The notes under the pieces were generated by a model. It was not told where the DNA came from. It saw only the letters and a program-made list of their open reading frames with translations, and did no database searches. A program made the translations under genes and the position numbers. A stretch of 64,000 nucleotides of DNA from Octopus vulgaris (taxonomy: Eukaryota): assembly GCA_951406725.2 (NCBI GenBank), contig OX597830.1:22878001-22942000 (forward strand), given 5' to 3'. Shown piece by piece: positions 55,963-64,000 of the stretch (positions within the stretch are counted from its first letter, which is position 1; every line of letters starts with the position of its first letter).

Positions 55963-56244
55963 ACACACAAACATCTCCCTTTTACATACACATACATTCA
56001 TTTTTTTCACCCCTTCCTTCGTTATTCATCTATCACCCTTCTCATTCATATGTTGTGACGGAGGAAAACAGAAGATACACGACGCGCTCTTTGCCACTTC
56101 CTTTCTCTCATTGCAATTACTTTCTCTCACTCCCTCTCAGTCAGCGCTATTACTCTCACTACTTCTCCTTCACTGAATTACTATTTTCTCTCCCTTCACT
56201 TATACTACTCTTTCTCCTACTCCGTCCAGCGTGATTTTGGACAA

Positions 56245-56320
<76 letters not shown>

Positions 56321-56345
56321 ACACAACGCTCATTATTATATTAGG
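55348..56345 (-). mobile_element. Degenerate Helitron-like element(s) with internal duplication
   Basis: Terminal hairpin CGTCAGAAAATGACG, ends like ATTATTATAGTAGAAGAT, repeated blocks (GTTGAAATGCTGTTTGATTTT; CTCATTCATATGTTGTGACGGAG). Confidence 0.4.
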
Positions 56346-57079
56346 AAATATATATATATATCTGTGGTCATCTGATCCAATTTTAGGAGAGAGTATCGGA
56401 GACTACATTATCTAATGCATTATATATTTTTAAGAACATGGGAGAGAGGTGTTCATTTAAAGTAACATTGATTGCTATTTCTAGCACATCGAGCGACTAC
56501 ATAAAGACTCCCTTGTTGACTTGACAGTAATGGAGTTGAAACAAACAGCGGGAAAGATGGTCGTTAACTCCATTGCATGGAAAGCAAGCTGACAGAAGAC
56601 TGTAATCGAAATAAGACAATATAATCAGCTTATCAGCGTTTTGTTATTCCGTAATCTGTTTAAATCTAGATTTCTAGAACGGGAACAGGAAAAAAAAAAC
56701 GAATAAAATAAATCAATGAAAGCAAATTGTCAGCTTTAAAAGAAGCGACTTGACTCTATGTTGGTAAATTTAGTTTCGTAAAAACCTGTTAAGCTTTTTT
56801 TCCGCTTGATCTATTCTTATTTCCAGAGTATAAGTTATTATAAAATATCCATTTGCTAGTTTTTTTGTTTTCTTTTCGTTTACTTGCATGGTATCACGAC
56901 TTGTAAACAATAGCGTCGGTACTGACAGGCCCAACCACAAAGCAGTGTTTAACCAGATGCGAGGAATTACGTTTGTAAATCCTTTGTTTCTCCTTTATAT
57001 CTAATAACCTAATCCGATATGTATCGTTGAGTAGTTATTACTGGTTATGGCATATGACTAGTCAGAATGTTAGCGTCGG

Positions 57080-57480
57080 AAGGCGGCGAGTTGGCAGAAT
57101 CATTAGCACGCCAGGTGAAAATGCTTAGCGGTATTTCGTCTGTCTTTATGTTCTGAGTTCAAATTCCGCCGAGGTCGACTTTGCCTTTCACCCTTTCGGG
57201 ATCAATAAATTAAGTACCAGTTACGCACTGGAGTCGATATAATCGACTTAATCCGTTTGTCTATCCTTGTTCGTCCTCTCTGTGTTTATCCCCTTTTTAG
57301 TAGTAAAGAAATAGTTATTTCGTCTGCCGCTACGTTCTGAGTTCAAATTCTGCCGAGGTCAACTTTGCCTTTCACCCTTTCGGGATCAATAAATTAAGTA
57401 CCAGCTGCGTACTGGGGTCGATCTAATCGACTGGCCCCTTCCCACAAAATTTCGGGCCTTGTGCTTTGAGTAGAAAAGAA
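57080..57480 (+). mobile_element. SINE family B dimer (long tail then short tail)
   Basis: Junction GAAATA|GTTATTTCGTCTG. Confidence 0.8.
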
Positions 57481-57638
57481 TGATACCGTCAGTTTCGCGT
57501 CTACTATTGCAGCTCGGCAATATTAATGACTCTTCAGATATGATGACCTCTTTTACGCTGGAGGAATATATTTCCCCCAGATAGCTCAGTGTTGAGGAAA
57601 AGAAATGTAACAAAACATAGTTACTAGAATAGTCTGGC

Positions 57639-57835
57639 CATATCTGATCGAAAGTAAACGTTGCAGATTCTGTTTCGCGGAAAGGAGAATTATTCTAAAA
57701 TATTTATACGATCCGGGTCGTTTTCCGCTTAGGAATAATTCCTAAGCGGAAAATGACCCGGATCGTATAAGCATTTTAGAATAATTCTCCTTTCCGCGAA
57801 ACAGAACCTGCAACATTTACTTTCGATCAGATATG
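57639..57835. repeat. 197-bp near-perfect palindrome (foldback/MITE)
   Basis: 98-bp arms with a 1-nt centre at 57737 and few mismatches. Confidence 0.9.
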
Positions 57836-57859
57836 TTCACAGACTGAACATTGTAAATG

Positions 57860-60500
57860 TTCCGTCTGTTTATGTTTTCAGTTACTGCTCCTTCTAGGCT
57901 CAATCTCTTTCGGTGCTGACACATCGAACATGTCGTAAAACACCTCCATTGGAGTTTCTTTCATTTTTTCTGTATGTCTGGGTTTTAATTGATTTAAGTG
58001 TCGTTTATGTTCCCATCGTTGGCCTTTTATTAAATACATCAGGTTTCCTATTCTTTTAGTCACTACACCATCCTGCCAACTCTCTTTACCGTTCTTGTAT
58101 ACTTTGAAATGAACTTTGTCTCCGACATCAAAATGCTTTGTTAAATTTTTTGTATTTTCTCTATACGTTTTTTCCTTTGGTAACAATTTGTCGAAGATCG
58201 ATTTAATCTTTCGAGCGAACATTATCTCTGCAGGCGACTTGCCTGAACTGGAATTCGGATTAGGCATTATTCTGTACACCTTTTAAGTATTTAGTTAGCG
58301 CTTCGCCATTTCCTTACTCATTCCTTGCTTTTTTTTCGCGCTCGCTTGAAAGTACGAATCGTTCTGCTTCCTCATTTGACCTTGGGTGGTAGGGCGGGGT
58401 AAACACGTGTTTGATTGCATGCATTTTGCAGAATTTCTTCAACTCGTATCCGGTAAATTGTTGCCAATACACGTAGCTCCTCACCGAAGCTTTCATTCTT
58501 GACATGCCCTGATGTCCACTATGAAATTCATGTAATATCTATTTCTGTAGTGCAGTTGGATCTATCACTCTTTCTGCGTACATTAGTACATCGTCGCAGA
58601 GGGAAAAATGGTTGTTATTCGTGTTTCTCTTTTGTTTATTTTTCAAAGTTTCTTTCATTTTGATCATGTATCTGTCCTCCGCTGATTTACTTTTTATACC
58701 TTGTACAGTCACTGGCAACACCTGAATGACATTACACATAGCGTTCTTAATTTCCTTTTCTGATTAAGGCGGCGAGCTGGCAGAAACGTTAGCACACCGG
58801 GCGAAATGCTCAGCGGTATTTCGTCTGCCGTTACGTTCTGAGTTCAAATTCCACCGAGGTCGACTTTACCTTTCATCCTTTCGGGGTCGATAAATTAAGT
58901 ACCAGTTACGCACTGGGGTCGATGTAATCAACTTAATACCTATGTCTGTCCTTGTTTGTCCCCTCTGAGTTTAGCCCCTTGTGGGTAATAAAGAAATAGG
59001 TATTTCGTCTGCCGTTACGTTCTGAGTTCAAATTCCGTCGAGGTCGACTTTGCCTTTCGGGTTCAATTAAATAAGTACTAGTTACGCACTGAGGTCGATA
59101 TAATCAACTTAATCCGTTTGTCTGTCCTTGTTTGTCCTCTCTGTGTTTAGCCCCTTGTGAGTAGTAAAGAAATAGGTATTTCGTCTGTCTTTACGTTCTG
59201 TGTTCAAATTCCGCCGAGATCGACTTTGCCTTTCATCCTTCGGGGTCGATAAATTAAGTACCAGCTGCATACTGGGGTCGATCTAATCGACTGCCCCTTC
59301 CCTCAAAATTTCGGACCTTTTTTGATTGTAATGCGGCTATCACCGTATCTTCCAGCGGTTCTGTATTCTCAGCCAATTTTCTTAGAGGGAATGTACTCCA
59401 TCTTAAAGTTGTAATTTAACAATATTGTAACCCAGCATTGGCTGTATTCCTTTCTTCGATCCGAAAATTGATAGTAATTGTCGGTAGTCCGTTTGAAACT
59501 GAAAACTTCTACCGTGGAGAAATCTGTGAAATTTCTTCACGGTAAAAACAATCGCTAGAGCTTCTTTCTCTATCTGACTGTAGTTTTTCTCTGTTGCAAT
59601 CAGAGCACGTGAGGCATGAAGCACCGCCTTCATATTACCGTCTTTGAATTTATGTAGCAAAACTGCTCCTATATTCAGAAGCGTCAGATGCTACAGTAAA
59701 CTCCGCTGCAGGATCGAAATCAGCCAGCGACAAATCTGAAATTAATATTCTTTTGATATCCTGAAACATTATTTGACCAATTCCATTTGGCGTCTTTCTT
59801 TAGCAAATTATTAAGTGGAGCTCTCAATTCATACATGTTTGGTGTGTAATTTTGATAATGGTTTACCAGGCCAAGAAAAGCTTGTAATGTCGCTATGTTA
59901 GGAAAGGCATATTTTTAATCGCGTCTGCCCTCGACGGGTCAGGTCGTTTTCCATTTTTATCGATAATCTGTCCTAAATATTTCATTTTAGGCAAAGCAAA
60001 TTCACATTTCTTCTCACTGGGTGTGAAACTGTAATATCTTATTTTTTGTAAAACCCACTTCGCATGTCCGATATGCTGATCACGAGATTCACTTTTAATT
60101 AATGCATCATCCAGGTATGGAATTGCGAATTGACAGTCCACCAATATCACATCTATTACCTGTTGAAATATTGCAGGTGCATCCTTCAGACCAAATGGAA
60201 ATATATTGTATTTGTATAGTTCTTTGTGCGTACTCACTGTTAGAAACTTCGAGCATTTCTTGTCTACTTTTAATTTGTAGATACGCATCAGACAGATCTA
60301 GTTTCGAAAATATTTTGCCACCATTTAATTATGCAAAAATATCCTGTGGAGTAGGCAGTGGATAGTAGCACATTTTTAGATTGTCATTCAAGCTAGTACA
60401 GAAATCGGCAGACACCCTCATTTTTTTTAAATACACACAATTGGTACTGCCCACTTAGAATAATCTACTTTTTGAATAATTTCAATTTTCTCCAGTTTTT
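57860..60500 (-). pseudogene. Decayed Ty3/Gypsy (Mag-like) pol: RT, RNase H, integrase
   Basis: YPLP, FSKLDLSDAYLQ, FPFGLKDAPAIFQ, YLDD; ASDAS, ASRAL..EKNYSQIEKEALAIVF; HSGHQGMSRMK..RSYVYW, PPYHPRSNEEAERFV, GKSPAEIMF; many frameshifts; no LTR seen. Confidence 0.9.
58766..59320 (+). mobile_element. SINE family B trimer inserted in the Gypsy pol
   Basis: Head plus two long-tail units and one short-tail unit; junctions GAAATA|GGTATTTCG. Confidence 0.85.
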
Positions 60501-61053
60501 AAATTATTTTCTTCAAAACAGCTGCTCGGTCAAAATGTATATAACCGTAGCTACATGTATGTATGTCTGTATACGCATATATATATATATAAGAAATTAA
60601 AAAAGGAAAATACGCACACTTACATGGTTTTAATATAATTTTTAATATATCGACCGGTTCACGTGGGGACAACCGAAATTCCTCTTTTCTGTTACTACTA
60701 CTACTACTACTATATATATATAATTTTGTCTCCGCCTCACACACTACTTTATCAACACCAACCAGTTATAGTCTGTTAATGTGCCCGTAAATTAGCAGTT
60801 CGGCAAAAGACACCGATAGAAAAAGCACTGAGATCAGTTTGCTCGTTTGTGTGTACACACACACACACACTTTTTATTTTGCTCCAGTCGGTCTCTTGTT
60901 ACTCTGAGTATCAGATGTCGGTACATAGGATCTTCAGGCAAGGCACCTACAGATGAAACTCGGGGTAGCAAGTGAGTGACTCAACAAAAATAGACTGTAT
61001 TATTAATCTCAACTAGAGATTACTCCTTTATCTTACAGTTAAAACTACAGTTA

Positions 61054-61568
61054 CCGTAAATCCTCGAGTATAATCCGCATCTTTTCCCAAAATTTAAATG
61101 TCAAAATCCCTAGTGCGTACTATATACGAGGTTAAAAACGAAAAATATTTTCTAAGCAATGTCCGAGTCTCTATTTGCTCTCCGGCAATGTTTATTCAGA
61201 AGCATTTTGTGATGTCGGGCGCGAAAATACCTTAAGCCAAGCCTGAAAGCAATGAAGTCATAAAAGAATCATCCATAACTTGCAGTAAGCAACATTTATT
61301 AAGATAAAAGTATTCAGAACACAGAAAAGCATGTAACAAAAACAATTTGCAAACATATTTGCATTCCCATATAACAGTTAAGAACATCATCATTGTTGTA
61401 TTACGCATGCGCGGAGGTGTTTGTTCGATTAGGTGCTGCTGGTTTAATTATGCACAACTCAAGTTAGAGTGCGTATTATACACAAGGTTTAGGTTTTTCA
61501 GAGGTACAACCCCTTAAAAATCCTCTGCGTATTATACTCAAGGGCGGACTATACTCGAGGATTTACGG
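61054..61568. mobile_element. Tc1/mariner-superfamily MITE
   Basis: TA|CCGTAAATCCTCGAGTATA ... TATACTCGAGGATTTACGG|TA. Confidence 0.85.
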
Positions 61569-62261
61569 TATACAATTTTCATTTTTATTGGAGCTGAAAA
61601 TACTTCACAAACCGTTACTCAGTTTCACGGAACCGTTCGCCAAACACTCGTGAGTATTATTCAGAATATTTTAATCTATTTCCTTTGGTATTCGTGTGTT
61701 ATTTTCTCCACCCTTTATGGCAATGCCCCAGCATGGCCGTAGTCTAACGGCTGAAACAAATAAAAGATAAAAGCTACAAATGCACAAACGCAGAACTATA
61801 TTAATCAGTTCAGCTCCATAAATACGTTAAATGTAGTCATCATGAAGACGAAAGTTAATGAGGCATCGTTAAGCGCCATTATAGAGTGAATAATGTGCAC
61901 GTGCTTATGTGCTTGCCTTAATGACTGAGTTAATTGACGCTAATTACCGCGATGGATTATTAGTCAATACTGCTGGTCATATGAAGGTGGCGAGCTGGCA
62001 GAATCGTTAGCACGCCGGAGAAATAGAAACCAGCATTACTAGTCATATATAGGACGGTGAGCAGGAAGAATCGTTTCGCACGCTGGGCAAAATACTTATC
62101 TGCATTTCTTCCGAGTTTTACGTTTTGAGTTCAAATTCCGCCGGGGTGGACTTTGCCTTCCATTCCTTTCGGGGTCGATAAATTAAGAACCAGTTGCGTA
62201 CTGGGGTCGATCTAATCGACTAGCCCTTTCCCCAGAAATTTCGGGCCTTGTGCCCAGAGTA

Positions 62262-62306
<45 letters not shown>

Positions 62307-62660
62307 CACCTAAGTGCAGAACAAGATGGAGAGAATAATACTCGAATATCATAGGAGAAAGATTAAACGTATTCTTAATACTTACGACTGTCTGGTTAAC
62401 AGCTCTGGGAAACTCTAATTTTCAGCTCCAATAACACGTAGATTATCTACATTTGTAAAAAGGGAGTACTCGATACTATAGAAGAGACTAATATATTTTA
62501 TTTTAGTGGAGTCACTCTCTTGCTACCATGAGTTTCAACTGTAGGTGCCTTGCCTAAAGATCCTATGTACTCATATCTGATATTCAAAGTAGCAAGAGAC
62601 TGACTCGAGCAAAATAAAATACACTGTGTGTGTGTGTGTGTTTATTTGTGTGTGTGTGTA

Positions 62661-62695
<35 letters not shown>

Positions 62696-63081
62696 ATGAA
62701 GTTAATAAAAGAAAATGGAGAGGAAAAAATATAATATATACTTGGTTCATTTTATTTGTATCACAAAGGAAACGTAAAAGTGATACCTAGAAGAATAAAG
62801 CTAAAAGGAAGCGGATTAACAAAACAACCAAAAGATATCCGAGAAAAATCCTACACATGTTTCTTATAGGTATCGTTTTTACTTTGCATTACTTTTCCTT
62901 TGTGATACAAATAAAATGAACCAAGTATCTATTATATTTTTTCTTCTCTATTTTCTTTATAATTTATTAGACTGTTTATACATCTATATTCAGGAACTTT
63001 CTTTCAATATTTTTGATAACGCTAGTTGGCATCTGGATTGTTATTAACAATCTCTTTCAAGGAAACTATCTCGTCAAAATG

Positions 63082-63117
<36 letters not shown>

Positions 63118-63119
<2 letters not shown>

Positions 63120-63628
63120 TGGACGAATGACCTGTTAGGGTCACTCCTAAATTGTTATATTTATATATTTAGTCGTTGACTATTTTCTCTTTTCCACTAG
63201 GCCGTTGGTAGCGATAAATTTCTATTGAATTTTTTTGCTACCCTAAATTGACTAATTGATAATTTTCTGAATAATTCTGAGATTGAATCGGCAGTTTATA
63301 TTTACTGCTGATAAGTTTGGCGCGAATACGTCAGTCTTGAAAATCTTAAGACAGATATTCCGTAGGCATCGATACAGACACCTCGTGTATATTTGTCTCT
63401 CCCAGGTTTTTTACTGATGAAGTGTAACCTATGGTAGATTAGCTTAATTTAATTTAATTAAGCTAATTTAATCATTAATGACACAGAAACGTTGCAACGT
63501 CTAAAAGATGAATTAGGGTAAATGTTTTTAAATTTTCACCTAATTTCTGAATTACTACTACTTGGCGGTGTGAGTTATGGCTGCTCTTTCTGGTGGACGA
63601 ATGACCTGTTAGGGTCACTCCTAAATTG

Positions 63629-63634
<6 letters not shown>
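63118..63634 (+). mobile_element. Non-coding hammerhead-bearing element (474-bp unit and 43-bp terminal direct repeat) in (TA)n
   Basis: GGTGGACGAATGACCTGTTAGGGTCACTCCTAAATTGTTATAT at 63118-63160 and 63592-63634. Confidence 0.85.
63409..63506 (+). ncRNA. Type-I hammerhead ribozyme (canonical core, GUC site)
   Basis: UUUUA-CUGAUGA-aGUGU(long AU hairpin)ACACa-GAAA-CGUUGCAACG-UC-UAAAA; 12-nt palindrome ACGUUGCAACGU. Confidence 0.85.
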
Positions 63635-63693
<59 letters not shown>

Positions 63694-63696
63694 CAC

Positions 63697-63975
63697 TGCT
63701 TCAGCTCTGCTATCGTCCTTGTAGTATAAGGTGACCATAGCTGAGAGCAGTAGTACAGTCGGCTGAGGATACATGACTTCCATAGTGTCATCATAGTTTC
63801 TTGGTCCCTTGTCCGGAAGGTTATCAGAATCCAACCGGCCAGTATTCTGGATGCTGCTACCATTTTGTTGATATGTGTGTGAAATGAGGCATTGATGCTT
63901 ATTTCTATTCCAAGATCACGCACCGTATTTGATTCTGGGATCGTTACTCCACTTGGTCCAACGTACTGATGTCGT
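63697..63975 (-). mobile_element. CR1-type LINE RT fragment
   Basis: VRDLGI..HINKM..LAGWILITFRTRDQETMMTLW..YCSQLWSP; close to the 26731 family. Confidence 0.85.
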
Positions 63976-64000
63976 GATTACTGAGCAGTGCTTAACTGGT

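Noticed and set aside
57481-57545. Minus-strand CUGAAGA-GUC...GAC-gc-GAAAC motif
   Set aside because: Extra bases before GAAA and no stem I partner (abuts a SINE end).

Overview
Repeat-saturated, AT-rich animal genomic DNA, most probably octopus or another cephalopod, judged from the tRNA-derived SINE families and the microsatellite load. No intact host protein-coding gene is recognisable, and nearly all listed ORFs are microsatellite artefacts. The coding remnants are all transposon-derived: three CR1-type LINE RT fragments, two Penelope-like element (PLE) fragments (one RT, one GIY-YIG), a decayed Ty3/Gypsy pol, Tx1/L1-type ORF1 and ORF2 remnants, an R4/Dong-type endonuclease tail and a hAT C-terminus. 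The main hidden signal is a set of at least six sequence-unrelated non-coding elements, each carrying a minimal type-I hammerhead ribozyme motif with a palindromic stem III. Most sit in (TA)n/(TG)n microsatellites, and two show a monomer plus partial terminal repeat (474 and 560 bp units), one with an added inversion. This architecture fits PLE-mobilised retrozymes or circular RNAs. Other notable patterns are a TIR element with internal telomeric repeats and 5-6/8/21-bp target duplications, and two LINE-SINE 3'-tail partnerships visible within the window. All structures were read by eye and no search was run.
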